Assembly: GCA_934320645.1 (NCBI GenBank)
Contig: CAKRFP010000012.1
Span: 388 to 64,387, forward strand
Source: an uncultured Bariatricus sp.
GTDB taxonomy: Bacteria; Bacillota; Clostridia; Lachnospirales; Lachnospiraceae
Length of the DNA: 64,000 nucleotides
Reading direction: 5' to 3'
Program-made: the position numbers and the translations under genes
The notes under the pieces: model-generated
What the model saw: the letters and a program-made list of their open reading frames with translations, nothing else
Database searches by the model: none
Told to the model about the DNA's origin: nothing
Shown: in pieces, positions 27,331-37,098 of the stretch
Layout: each line of letters opens with the position of its first letter
How positions within the stretch are numbered: the first letter of the stretch is position 1

Positions 27331-28587
27331 ATGGAAACTTATAAGTATTTACTGGATCTTGCAATTATTTTACTTTGTACCAAAGCACTTGGGCTTGCGA
27401 CCAGAAAGGTACAGATGCCACAGGTTGTAGGAGCACTTCTTGCAGGAGTTCTTCTCGGGCCGGCGATGCTTGGAATCCTGACAGAGACAAGTTTTATACA
27501 TAACGTTGCAGAGATCGGTGTTATCGTGCTGATGTTCTGTGCAGGTCTGGAAACTGATATACAGGAATTGAAGGCGAGCGGCAAAGCATCCTTCGTTATT
27601 GCACTGATAGGTGTTATCGTTCCACTGATCGGCGGTTATGCGACTGCAATGTTCTTTAACCGTCCGGGTGTGATCGCATCCGATGCAGCCTGCAGCGTAT
27701 TTCTGCAGAATATCTTTATCGGTGTTATCCTGACAGCAACTTCCGTAAGTATTACGGTAGAGACATTAAAAGAACTTGGTAAATTAAAAACCAAATCCGG
27801 AAATGCGATTCTTGGAGCTGCGATCATTGATGACGTGCTTGGTATCATTGCACTGACACTGGTAACAAGTATGGCAGATGAATCGGTAAAGATTTCAGTT
27901 GTATTACTGAAGATCGTTGCATTCTTCGCGTTTGCAGGTGTGATTGGATTTATCTTTTACAAGGTATTTAAAAAGTGGACAGATCAGGCGGAAAAGGGAC
28001 TCAGACGTCATGCAATCATGGCATTTGTATTCTGTCTGCTGATGGCTTATGTGGCAGAGAAATTCTTCGGTGTTGCAGATATCACCGGTGCATTTATCGC
28101 CGGACTGATCATTTCCAATACAAGTAAATCTGATTTCGTGCTGAAGAAATTTGATACCATGTCTTATATGCTGCTTTCACCGGTATTTTTCGCAAGTATC
28201 GGACTGAAGGTAGAACTTCCGAAGATGAGTACTGCAATTGTAGGCTTTGCAGTAATTCTTACCATTGTTGCGATCCTGACAAAGATCGTTGGCTGCGCCC
28301 TTGGTGCGAAGATGTGTGGATATAAGAATTATCAGTGTGCACGAATCGGTGTCGGAATGATCTCCCGTGGTGAGGTTGCGCTGATCGTTGCCAGCAAGGG
28401 AGAAGCACTCGGTATGATGGGCGGCAATTTCCTCGGACCGGTTATCATCGTGGTAGTGATCACAACGATCATCACACCAATTCTGCTGAAGATTGTATTC
28501 AAGAGCGGTCCGAATGTAAGTACCCTGGAAAAAGGAAAAGAAGTGACTTCCTTCTACGAGGATATTGAAAAGAAGCGTACCGAATAA
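27331..28587 (+). CDS. cation:proton antiporter (CPA2/Kef-NapA type)
   Basis: ~12 TM; N-terminal GALLAGVLLGP and internal Na_H exchanger-like segments. Confidence 0.8.
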   Translation: METYKYLLDLAIILLCTKALGLATRKVQMPQVVGALLAGVLLGPAMLGILTETSFIHNVAEIGVIVLMFCAGLETDIQELKASGKASFVIALIGVIVPLIGGYATAMFFNRPGVIASDAACSVFLQNIFIGVILTATSVSITVETLKELGKLKTKSGNAILGAAIIDDVLGIIALTLVTSMADESVKISVVLLKIVAFFAFAGVIGFIFYKVFKKWTDQAEKGLRRHAIMAFVFCLLMAYVAEKFFGVADITGAFIAGLIISNTSKSDFVLKKFDTMSYMLLSPVFFASIGLKVELPKMSTAIVGFAVILTIVAILTKIVGCALGAKMCGYKNYQCARIGVGMISRGEVALIVASKGEALGMMGGNFLGPVIIVVVITTIITPILLKIVFKSGPNVSTLEKGKEVTSFYEDIEKKRTE

Positions 28588-28642
28588 AGAATGGGTATGG
28601 AGTGCAAAATGCGTAACCGTCCAGTATCGTAGTATAAGAAAG

Positions 28643-28689
28643 AAAAATCCCTCATATATTTTCCAAAAGAAAGTATATGAGGGATTTTT
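28643..28689 (+). terminator. intrinsic terminator after antiporter; its 3' arm supplies the GAGGGA RBS of the next gene
   Basis: AAAAATCCCTCATATA / TATATGAGGGATTTTT. Confidence 0.7.
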
Positions 28690-30378
28690 ATGCCACAGGA
28701 AGAATGTAAAGAAAAGATCCTGTCGGAAGAATACAGGGATTTTATGATGAGGGATACCGGTGCTCTCGGGGAAAACTTTCCTTTGGAAAACGGATGCCGG
28801 ATACCGTTGAAATACGGTTTTGAGCTTCTTTATATTGACCAGAGTGAAGACAGAAAAAAGTCACTTGCCGATTATCCTTATACAATGGTTCCGAAGTGTT
28901 ATACAACACTGGATATGGCAGCAATCCAGCAGGCGGGAATTGCTGCGGTTCAGAATCTGCCTGGTCTGGAACTGAGCGGTGAAGGAGTTCTGGTTGGGAT
29001 CATTGATACTGGGATCAATTATCTGGATCCCATTTTCCGGAATCTGGATGGTTCGACCAGGATCCAGCGAATCTGGGATCAGGAAGAACAAAGTGGAACA
29101 GCGCCACGGGGAATCGGATATGGAAGTGAATATACGAAGGAACAAATCAATCAGGCAATCCTAAGTGAGAATCCCAAGGAAACCGTTCCGTCATTTGATA
29201 CGGACGGACATGGCACTTTTGTTGCAAGTGTGGCATGCGGAGGGGCAAATCCGGAGAATCTGTTTATCGGGGCAGCACCGGAGGCAGAGATGGTGATCGT
29301 GAAGCTGAAAGAGGCAAAAGAATATTTACGGGAGTACTATTTTGTAGACCGGGATGCCGGATGCTATCAGGAAAATGATCTGGTAGCGGCGGTTTTTTAT
29401 CTGCAGAAGGTACAAGAAGAGTTGAAAAGACCATTGGTGATCTGTCTGGCAGTTGGAACAAGCTTTGGAGGACATGGAGGATATTCAATCCTGTCAGAGT
29501 ATCTGCAAAATGTAGCGGCGAGCGAAGGAATCGGGATTGTGACCGGAAGTGGCAACGAGGCAGATAAAAGGCATCATTATCTGGGAATTCTGGAACAGGA
29601 AAATAATCTGCCGGTCGAGATTAATGTAGGGAATAATACCAGAGGTTTTGTGATGGAACTATGGACAGAACTTCCGAATCTTCTGGCTCTTTCTATCGCA
29701 TCTCCAACAGGACAGACAGTAGGACCGATCTCGCTCAAACGGGGAATAGGAGAGTATGTGTTTGTATTCGAGCAGACCAGGGTAATATTTAATTACCGGG
29801 TTCTGGTAGAGACGACCGGGGCGCAGCTGGCATTTTTTCAGTTTGACAGACCGGGAAGCGGAATCTGGAAGATTATACCGGAAACACTGGAGCTGGGGAA
29901 TGGAATCTTTCATATCTGGCTTCCAATGGAAGAGTTTCTGACGGGAAATGTCTATTTTATCCGTGCAAATCCGGAATATACGGTGATGGAACCAGGGGAT
30001 ACCGGGGCGGTGGTCTGTGCAGCGTACTATAATGGAAAGGAAAATAGCATTGCAGTCAGTTCGGGAAGAGGTTATACTAGAGATAACAGAATCAAACCGG
30101 ATTTTGCTGCGCCGGGGATCAATGTGACAGGGATCAATTTAAGGGGGCAGTTTGTTGCAAGATCTGGTTCCAGTATAGCAGTTGGAATCACTTCCGGAGC
30201 ACTGGCACTTTTTATGGAGTGGCTGGATAGGCATGGAGTGAATCTGGATGCATCACAGATGAAGAATCTGCTGATATTGGGAGCTTCACGGAAGACAGAC
30301 ATGAATTATCCGAACCAGGAATGGGGATATGGAGCATTGAACCTTTACCGTACTTTTGAGCAGATCAGGCGGTTCTGA
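28690..30378 (+). CDS. S8 family serine peptidase, resembling clostridial Csp germination proteases
   Basis: Triad motifs GIIDTGINY (Asp), DGHGTFVAS (His), GSSIAVGITSGALAL (Ser); ~560 aa cytoplasmic subtilase with N-terminal prodomain-like region as in CspB/C. Confidence 0.75.
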   Translation: MPQEECKEKILSEEYRDFMMRDTGALGENFPLENGCRIPLKYGFELLYIDQSEDRKKSLADYPYTMVPKCYTTLDMAAIQQAGIAAVQNLPGLELSGEGVLVGIIDTGINYLDPIFRNLDGSTRIQRIWDQEEQSGTAPRGIGYGSEYTKEQINQAILSENPKETVPSFDTDGHGTFVASVACGGANPENLFIGAAPEAEMVIVKLKEAKEYLREYYFVDRDAGCYQENDLVAAVFYLQKVQEELKRPLVICLAVGTSFGGHGGYSILSEYLQNVAASEGIGIVTGSGNEADKRHHYLGILEQENNLPVEINVGNNTRGFVMELWTELPNLLALSIASPTGQTVGPISLKRGIGEYVFVFEQTRVIFNYRVLVETTGAQLAFFQFDRPGSGIWKIIPETLELGNGIFHIWLPMEEFLTGNVYFIRANPEYTVMEPGDTGAVVCAAYYNGKENSIAVSSGRGYTRDNRIKPDFAAPGINVTGINLRGQFVARSGSSIAVGITSGALALFMEWLDRHGVNLDASQMKNLLILGASRKTDMNYPNQEWGYGALNLYRTFEQIRRF

Positions 30379-30410
30379 AAAATACGCAGATGTGAAAGGG
30401 GAAAAAGTAA

Positions 30411-30698
30411 ATGAGTGATTTTTTTGATACAATAGGAAAGCGGATTTCAGATACCGTGGATGATCTTGGAAAGAAGGCAGGAGATACGATCGATATCCAG
30501 AAAAAGAAAAATGAGATCTATGGTCTGAAGCGAGACAGCGAGCGGGATATGACAGAGATCGGACGATTGGTATATGAGCGTTTCAAACAGGGGGAAGTGG
30601 TAGATACCGATTTTATCGCACTCTGCGAAGCAATCGAAAAGCGTGAAGAACAGACAGAGGTATGCGAGCAGGAAATCGCGCGCATCAAAGGAGAATAA
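30411..30698 (+). CDS. hypothetical small charged protein
   Basis: 95-aa ORF after GGGGAAAAAG RBS; stop abuts lspA start. Confidence 0.5.
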   Translation: MSDFFDTIGKRISDTVDDLGKKAGDTIDIQKKKNEIYGLKRDSERDMTEIGRLVYERFKQGEVVDTDFIALCEAIEKREEQTEVCEQEIARIKGE

Positions 30699-30700
30699 TT

Positions 30701-31168
30701 ATGGAAATCCTGAGCATTTTAACCGGAGCTTTTGTTGCCGGGTGCGATCTTGGAATTAAAAAATATACTGAAGAAAATGTAAGAGACGGGGAAGAACGCC
30801 GGATTTGGAAAGGAAAAGGAATCTACCGCAAAGTCCACAACAAAGGTCTGATGATGAATCATCTGGATTCCAGACCAAAGCTGGTAAAAGGCATGTCGGC
30901 GGCAGCACTTGGAATCCTGTTTTTCTGGGAGCACCTTCTTTGGAAAGAACCGGGACGCAAACTGGCAAAGTTTGGAACATCGCTGATGCTGGGCGGAGCA
31001 GTTGGTAATACTTATGACCGTTTCAAAAGAGGTTATGTGGTCGATTATCTGTCTCTGAAAACAAAGAACAGGAAACTCTCGGATATCACTTTTAATCTCT
31101 CGGATCTGGCTCTTTTTGCAGGAGCGATCCTGACAGTATGGAGTTCTTTATTTGGAAAAAAGAGATAA
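30701..31168 (+). CDS. lspA: lipoprotein signal peptidase II
   Basis: NKGLMMN, GGAVGNTYDR, VVDYL, FNLSDLA motifs incl. the two catalytic Asp contexts; ATG 30701 after AAAGGAGAA. Confidence 0.85.
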   Translation: MEILSILTGAFVAGCDLGIKKYTEENVRDGEERRIWKGKGIYRKVHNKGLMMNHLDSRPKLVKGMSAAALGILFFWEHLLWKEPGRKLAKFGTSLMLGGAVGNTYDRFKRGYVVDYLSLKTKNRKLSDITFNLSDLALFAGAILTVWSSLFGKKR

Positions 31169-31371
31169 AAATAATTCAATGTATCTGAAAAAATACTTGA
31201 CTGTTTTAAATGATTTGAGGTATTATAAGCCTTGCTGATATGGCGTTGTCTGGCATATGCCATATAGAAAAAAGAATAGAATCTCGGTTATATTGGAAAC
31301 GATACATTCCTCCGGAATGATGAACGAACAACACATTTTCTGTTACGCTTATTATGAAGGAGGATATTTTT

Positions 31372-31866
31372 ATGCCAAAAAACAAATTTCAAGACGTTAT
31401 TTTCACAATTATCATGGTGTTCGTGATGGTTTATACCATGATCTGTTATAACATTGCTCTCAACGTAGGAGGAATGAACAACCAGGTATTTTTAAATGCA
31501 TTCCACGAGCTGGTCATCATGGGACCAATTGCATTCATCCTTGATTTCTTCCTGATTGGACCATTTGCAAAGAAAAAAGCATTTTCCATTGTCAATCTGG
31601 AAAGAGATAATGCCTTTCACCTGGTGATCGCCATTTCCGTAGTATCCATCATCGGAATGTGCCCGCTTATGAGCCTCGCAGCAACCCTGCTCTTCAAGAA
31701 TGCCGGAACCCAGTTCGTAGCCGTCTGGCTCCAGACCACTGCAATCAACTTCCCGATGGCATTTTTCTGGCAGCTCTGCTTCGCCGGTCCATTAGTAAGA
31801 AAGATTTTCGCATTATTATTCCCGGAAAAAGAAACATCCAAAATCGCCGATGGACAGGAAGCCTAA
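31372..31866 (+). CDS. DUF2798-like small membrane protein
   Basis: Two repeats of a 2-TM module; ATG 31372 after GAAGGAGGA. Confidence 0.55.
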   Translation: MPKNKFQDVIFTIIMVFVMVYTMICYNIALNVGGMNNQVFLNAFHELVIMGPIAFILDFFLIGPFAKKKAFSIVNLERDNAFHLVIAISVVSIIGMCPLMSLAATLLFKNAGTQFVAVWLQTTAINFPMAFFWQLCFAGPLVRKIFALLFPEKETSKIADGQEA

Positions 31867-31964
31867 TTGAGGTAAAGCGTAAATCCATTTGAAAATATAA
31901 AACAATGATTTACGACTTCGGTTCAATACCCAGTCAAAGAAGTAAAACTCAGTCAACAACGTAA

Positions 31965-32114
31965 ATAAAAAAATAAATCCGGATAGATGCGTCTTTGCAC
32001 GATGGAAACGAGACTTAATCAATTGTGGAAGCCATTGCTGACACAATTGATGCTTTCAAAGGCTCGTTGGAATGGTTCGTGCAACTTAGCATCTATCCGG
32101 ATTTATTTTTTTAT
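31965..32114. other. bidirectional terminator (26-bp perfect stem) enclosing the conserved structured core; copy B
   Basis: 31965-31990 is the exact reverse complement of 32089-32114; inner helices GCACGA/TCGTGC, AACGAG/CTCGTT, CAATTGTG/CACAATTG; loop GAAGCCATTGCTGA. Confidence 0.6.
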
Positions 32115-32126
32115 GCCCCTTGCGAC

Positions 32127-33491
32127 TTACCCCTCAAGTTCTTTCAACACCTTCCTGAACTGAAACGTAAACAAAACCGTCGTGAAGGATACCGCCAGGA
32201 AGTCTGCAATCGGTTCAGCCATATACACTGCATTGGTCTTGTTCCCGGTCAGAATATGCGGCAGCAGATAGATCAGTGGCAGCAACAGGATAAATTTACG
32301 TGTAACAGCGACAGCAATCGAAGCCTTTGCTTTTCCGAATGATGTAAATGCCATCTGGCATGCGATCTGGATTCCGAAAAGCAGCAGGCAGGCACAGTAA
32401 ATCCGGAGCGCTGATTTAGTAAAACCAAGCAGTGCAGAATCTGAAGTAAACATTTTTGCAAACACCTGCGGGAAGAGCATAATAAATGTCCACAGAAGTG
32501 TGGAATAACAGAGGCTTGCTGTTAAAAGAAGCCTGAAAGCTTTTTTTACACGATCTCCGTTTTTTGCACCGTAATTATAGCTCAGGACTGGTTGCGCACC
32601 CTGTCCCAGACCCTGCAGCGGCAGCATTGCGAACTGCATGACACTGGTAAGAATCGTCATGGCACCAACTGCGATATCTCCTCCGTATTTCAGCAGAGAA
32701 GAGTTGAAGCATACGGAGATGATACTCTCACTTGCCTGCATGATAAATGTGGCAATCCCGAGAGCGACACAAGGAAGAATAATCTCCGGTTTCAGGATGA
32801 GATTCTTTTTCCGGATGTGCAGGATCGTCTTTTTGCCGCACAGGAAAGAAAGAACCCAGATGCAGGAAACTGCCTGTGACAGAATTGTGGCAAGCGCAGC
32901 ACCTCTGACTCCAAGATGGAATGCAAAGATAAACAGCGGATCCAGAACAATGTTCATCACTGCTCCGATCAGAACAGAGAGCATACCTGTTTTGGCAAAG
33001 CCCTGTGTGGTGATAAACATATTCATGCCAAGGGTAAGCTGGACGAAAATAGTGCCGACAGCGTAAATATTCATATAATTTACAGCGTATTCGATCGTAT
33101 TTTCACTGGCACCGAAGGCAAGAAGGAAAGTACGGTTACCAAATAGCAGGATGACTGTCAGGATTATAGAAATCAGAATCTGCAGGAAAAAGCAGTTGCC
33201 CAGAATATGTTCTGCAGTATTAAGATCATTTTTTCCCATTGCAATCGAAGCACGTGGCGCACCACCGCCTCCAACCAGTGCTGCAAAAGCGGAAATGATC
33301 ATAATCAGTGGCATACATACGCCAACTCCGGTAAGGGCAAGTGCACCATCACCAGGAATGTGTCCGATGTAAATACGGTCAATAATGTTGTACAGCATAT
33401 TGATGAGCTGTGCGGTGATCGTCGGAATCGCAAGCCGGAACATCAGCTTTCCGACGGGTTCAGTACCCAGAAAATCTTTGTCTTTGTTCAT
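32127..33491 (-). CDS. MATE family efflux transporter
   Basis: 12 TM, N-terminal LAIPTITAQLINMLYNIIDRIYIGH typical of MATE/NorM. Confidence 0.9.
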   Translation of the reverse strand: MNKDKDFLGTEPVGKLMFRLAIPTITAQLINMLYNIIDRIYIGHIPGDGALALTGVGVCMPLIMIISAFAALVGGGGAPRASIAMGKNDLNTAEHILGNCFFLQILISIILTVILLFGNRTFLLAFGASENTIEYAVNYMNIYAVGTIFVQLTLGMNMFITTQGFAKTGMLSVLIGAVMNIVLDPLFIFAFHLGVRGAALATILSQAVSCIWVLSFLCGKKTILHIRKKNLILKPEIILPCVALGIATFIMQASESIISVCFNSSLLKYGGDIAVGAMTILTSVMQFAMLPLQGLGQGAQPVLSYNYGAKNGDRVKKAFRLLLTASLCYSTLLWTFIMLFPQVFAKMFTSDSALLGFTKSALRIYCACLLLFGIQIACQMAFTSFGKAKASIAVAVTRKFILLLPLIYLLPHILTGNKTNAVYMAEPIADFLAVSFTTVLFTFQFRKVLKELEG

Positions 33492-33493
33492 GT

Positions 33494-33937
33494 CTAATAA
33501 TCTCCTTTGTGATAAATAGTTGCTACGTTGGATGCCAGACGTTCATTCAGTGAGGCGAACATCTGGAATTCTTCTGATGAAAATCCGTCAAACAGATTGT
33601 GGTAAAAAGCAGACTGGAATGTGTCGATTGCTTCGGTAACATTTTCACATGATGGCAGCAGGGAAAGATGCGTTTTCCTGCGGTCTGTCTGGTCTGCTGT
33701 TTTTGAAAGTAACCCCTTCTGACACAAAAGATCAACTGCCTGGGATACATTCCCTTTTGATAGCATCCGGAGCTCGGCGATATCACCTGCGGTATCTTTT
33801 GTGGGGTTATTATGTAAGAAAGCAATGATCTTAGCCTCGATCAGCGAGAGATCATACTGGCGGCATAATTCTTTCAACATCTGTTCATGCATTTTCCCAA
33901 TTCGCTGCATTAATTCAAGCAGATATGTAATGTTCAT
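33494..33937 (-). CDS. MarR family transcriptional regulator
   Basis: 147 aa winged HTH; DRRKTHLSL wing motif; operonic with MATE. Confidence 0.85.
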   Translation of the reverse strand: MNITYLLELMQRIGKMHEQMLKELCRQYDLSLIEAKIIAFLHNNPTKDTAGDIAELRMLSKGNVSQAVDLLCQKGLLSKTADQTDRRKTHLSLLPSCENVTEAIDTFQSAFYHNLFDGFSSEEFQMFASLNERLASNVATIYHKGDY

Positions 33938-34235
33938 CTATACACCTCCGTTTTTTAAATAAGAAAGAATGTGCCTCGGCACATTCTCGCGCCGAGCGCG
34001 TTGCTGAGCGCCAGTGACGCTCGAAAAGTTCTAAAAAGAACCATTTAGATAATATCTTATATCCATTGAGATAAAATGTCAATAGAACGAAAACATGAAA
34101 GTTGTTTGTTAAAATATAAACGGTATAATTGTATACGAAAATACATTTTTTTACTTTAACATATTGACGTGGGGAAAATTTGCTGTTACAATAATAAACA
34201 ATTTATAGACCATAGTTCAAGGAGGACATAAGTAC

Positions 34236-35786
34236 ATGCTTACAGGATTTAAAAACGCAGTAGAAGTTGATTTCACATTGGAAGAAAATAAAAAGAAAAT
34301 AGAAGAAGCATTCAAACAGGCTCATGCAGAAGCAGGTGCTGTTTACCCGCTGATCATCGGTGGAAAGAAAGTTGAGACAGAAAAGAAGATCGCTTCTGTA
34401 TCACCGGCTACAAAGGAAGTACTCGGATATGCATGCTCATGCAGCAAAGAACAGGCTGATGAGGCAATCAAGGCATCTTACGAAGCATTCAAAAAATGGA
34501 GCCTTACATCTGTAGAAGAAAGAGTACGTGTATTAAGAAGACTTGCAGCACTTCTGATCGAGAATCGTTTTATCATGGATGCATGGAACGTCCTTGAAAG
34601 TGGAAAGAACTGGGGAGAAGCTGACGGAGAACTTTGCGAACAGCTTGACTTTATCAATTCTTATGTAATGCATATCCAGAATCTGGAAAAAGGAAAAGAA
34701 CTGGTTCCTACAGATGAACTTACAAAATGCGTTTACATCCCGATCGGTGTAGGTGTGGCTGTTTCTCCATGGAACTTCCCGCTCTCACTGTTTGGTGGAA
34801 TGATCGTATCTGCAGTTGTTACAGGTAACACGATCTGCTGTAAACCATCTTCAGACGCTCCGATCGTTGCATACAAATTCGTAGAACTCTGCCAGAAAGC
34901 TGGTATTCCGGCTGATGTAGTAAGTTACATTCCTGGATCAGGATCAGAGATTGGTGACTTCATCGTAGAACATCCGCTTACAAGATTTGTAAACTTCACA
35001 GGATCAAAAGCAGTTGGATGCAGAATCAATGAACATGCAGCCAAGATCGCTGACGGACAGAGATGGATCAAACGTGTTGTAGCTGAGATGGGTGGAAAGA
35101 ATGCCATTATCGTAGATTCAACAGCAGACATCAAGAAAGCAGCAAATGGAGTTGCAAGTTCTGCATTTACATTCCAGGGACAGAAATGCTCTGCATGCTC
35201 AAGAGCAATTGTTCTGGCAGATGTATATGATGAGTTTGTAGATGAAGTTGTAAAATGCGCAGCAGAACTGAAGGCGAACCAGGGATCAGGCGAAAGCAAT
35301 GCAGCGATGGGACCGGTTATCAACCAGGGCGCTTATAACAGTATTACAAATTATATCGAGATCGGACGTAAAGAAGGAAATGTTGTATTCGGTGGTACAT
35401 ACAGTGACGCAGAAGGATATTATATCGATCCTACGGTAATCCGCGATATCAAGAGAGATGCAAGAATTGCCAATGAAGAAATCTTTGGGCCAGTCCTTGC
35501 TGTTATCAAAGTAGATTCTTTTGATGAAGCACTTGATGTAGCAAACCAGACAGAATATGGTCTTACAGGATCTGTATACAGTGAGACACGTGAAAATATC
35601 CAGAGAGCAAAAGTAGAATTCCAGGTAGGTAACTTATACTTTAACAGAAAATCTACAGCAGCAGTTGTACTTCAGCATCCATTTGGTGGATTTAACATGT
35701 CCGGAACAGATGCGAAGACTGGTACAGCAGATTATCTGACAAACTTCATGAACCTTAAATCAATCACAGAAGATCTGAATTCATAG
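34236..35786 (+). CDS. pruA: L-glutamate gamma-semialdehyde (1-pyrroline-5-carboxylate) dehydrogenase
   Basis: 516-aa ALDH; collinear with Bacillus RocA-type N-terminus (YPLIIGGKKVETEKKI..), catalytic EMGGKN and FQGQKCSACSR. Confidence 0.8.
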   Translation: MLTGFKNAVEVDFTLEENKKKIEEAFKQAHAEAGAVYPLIIGGKKVETEKKIASVSPATKEVLGYACSCSKEQADEAIKASYEAFKKWSLTSVEERVRVLRRLAALLIENRFIMDAWNVLESGKNWGEADGELCEQLDFINSYVMHIQNLEKGKELVPTDELTKCVYIPIGVGVAVSPWNFPLSLFGGMIVSAVVTGNTICCKPSSDAPIVAYKFVELCQKAGIPADVVSYIPGSGSEIGDFIVEHPLTRFVNFTGSKAVGCRINEHAAKIADGQRWIKRVVAEMGGKNAIIVDSTADIKKAANGVASSAFTFQGQKCSACSRAIVLADVYDEFVDEVVKCAAELKANQGSGESNAAMGPVINQGAYNSITNYIEIGRKEGNVVFGGTYSDAEGYYIDPTVIRDIKRDARIANEEIFGPVLAVIKVDSFDEALDVANQTEYGLTGSVYSETRENIQRAKVEFQVGNLYFNRKSTAAVVLQHPFGGFNMSGTDAKTGTADYLTNFMNLKSITEDLNS

Positions 35787-35861
35787 GAAGAGCCGGACTT
35801 AGAAAAAGGGCAGAGAATCAGAGTGTGTATAAAAGCGAAGTATTGGCTTGGCAGATTATAG

Positions 35862-35905
35862 AAAAACCGGTGGCTTGTGTAAAAAGACATGAGCCACCGG
35901 TTTTT
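35862..35905. terminator. bidirectional intrinsic terminator (pruA / yitT-like convergent pair)
   Basis: AAAAACCGGTGGCT / AGCCACCGGTTTTT. Confidence 0.75.
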
Positions 35906-35992
35906 ATTATCAGGAATTCTATTTTCTGAAGCAAAGGGTCCAACAAGTGATACTGGTGAGTTGCTTAGCTGTCTGGAAATGCTGCCTGCAAT

Positions 35993-36856
35993 TTACTCAT
36001 CTTTAAATCCTTCACCCACTACATCATTCGATTCCATGATTACAAGGAAGGATTTTGGATCAATCGTTTTGATCAGCTTGCGGATTCCGTACATCTGCTT
36101 ATTGTTGCAGGCGCACATTATGATGTGTTTATCATCTTTGGAATAGCTTCCCATACCATTTAAAATTGTAGAGCCGCGTCCGAGAACCTCATCGATCTTG
36201 AAGCAGATTTCAGTGCTGTGCTCGGGATCGGTTACGATCAGGGCAAGCTTTCCTTCATCAATTCCGTACATAACTTTATCCATAACAAGAGAGAGCAGAT
36301 AGCTGACGATCAGACCGTAGATCAGGCTGTCCACGTCACGGGATACAATTACGGTTCCAAGGATCACAATTACTGCATCCAGTGCAAATGCAATATTTCC
36401 AAGGGAAAGATGCGGGTTCAGTGCTTTGATCGACATCATGATAAAGTCAGAGCCTCCGGTTGAAGAATCCCGCATATAGATCATTGCATAACCAAGTCCG
36501 GAAAGGACACCGCAGCAGATGGCAGAAAGAAGTCTGTCACCCTGATAAACCGGGAATAGCGGTGCGATCACGTCCATGATTATGGAAGTAATAATGATCG
36601 TCCGGACTGAATTCAGGAAAAATCTGCGGCCCAGAAGCCGGAAACAACAGATGGCGATCGGGATGTTAAGGATCAGGGCAACAGTACCGATCGGCAGTCC
36701 GAACAACTGGTAAAAGATCAGGGCAATTCCGTTTACCCCTACCATTGGAAATTTTGCGGCGGCAGCAAAATTATAGACACCGACAGCGATCAGGATTCCT
36801 CCGATAATATCAGTTGCGATATCTTTTGTAAGTTCCAAAGCTTTGTTCTGATTCAT
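35993..36856 (-). CDS. YitT family membrane protein (DUF2179 C-terminal domain)
   Basis: 5 TM plus soluble C-terminal domain; ATG at 36856 after AAGGAGGA; longer track ORF start rejected. Confidence 0.8.
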   Translation of the reverse strand: MNQNKALELTKDIATDIIGGILIAVGVYNFAAAAKFPMVGVNGIALIFYQLFGLPIGTVALILNIPIAICCFRLLGRRFFLNSVRTIIITSIIMDVIAPLFPVYQGDRLLSAICCGVLSGLGYAMIYMRDSSTGGSDFIMMSIKALNPHLSLGNIAFALDAVIVILGTVIVSRDVDSLIYGLIVSYLLSLVMDKVMYGIDEGKLALIVTDPEHSTEICFKIDEVLGRGSTILNGMGSYSKDDKHIIMCACNNKQMYGIRKLIKTIDPKSFLVIMESNDVVGEGFKDE

Positions 36857-37098
36857 GATAGTATCCTCCTTGATGTTGATGGAATATGATTTATAAAAAG
36901 CAAAGGCTTGCCAGAAAGACCAAAAAAAACATCTGCTAATTATATCTGGATATAATCGCAAATGCTCTTCATTTCTTTAGTATACGCGCCATAGGATAAG
37001 GATGTCAACGGTTGTTTGGGTTGTATCTGTAAAATAAATTTGTTATGATAATGAATAGGAAAGGTTGCAAATTACAGTGATAAAGTGAGGGACAGATT

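Noticed and set aside
32025-32342. 105-aa plus-strand ORF starting in terminator element B (and the 20-codon counterpart at 17476-17538)
   Set aside because: It has a GTG start without an RBS, with in-frame stops 2 and 4 codons upstream in the two copies. Most of the ORF is antisense to the well-supported MATE gene. Only the first ~20 codons are shared with copy A, and copy A terminates there.
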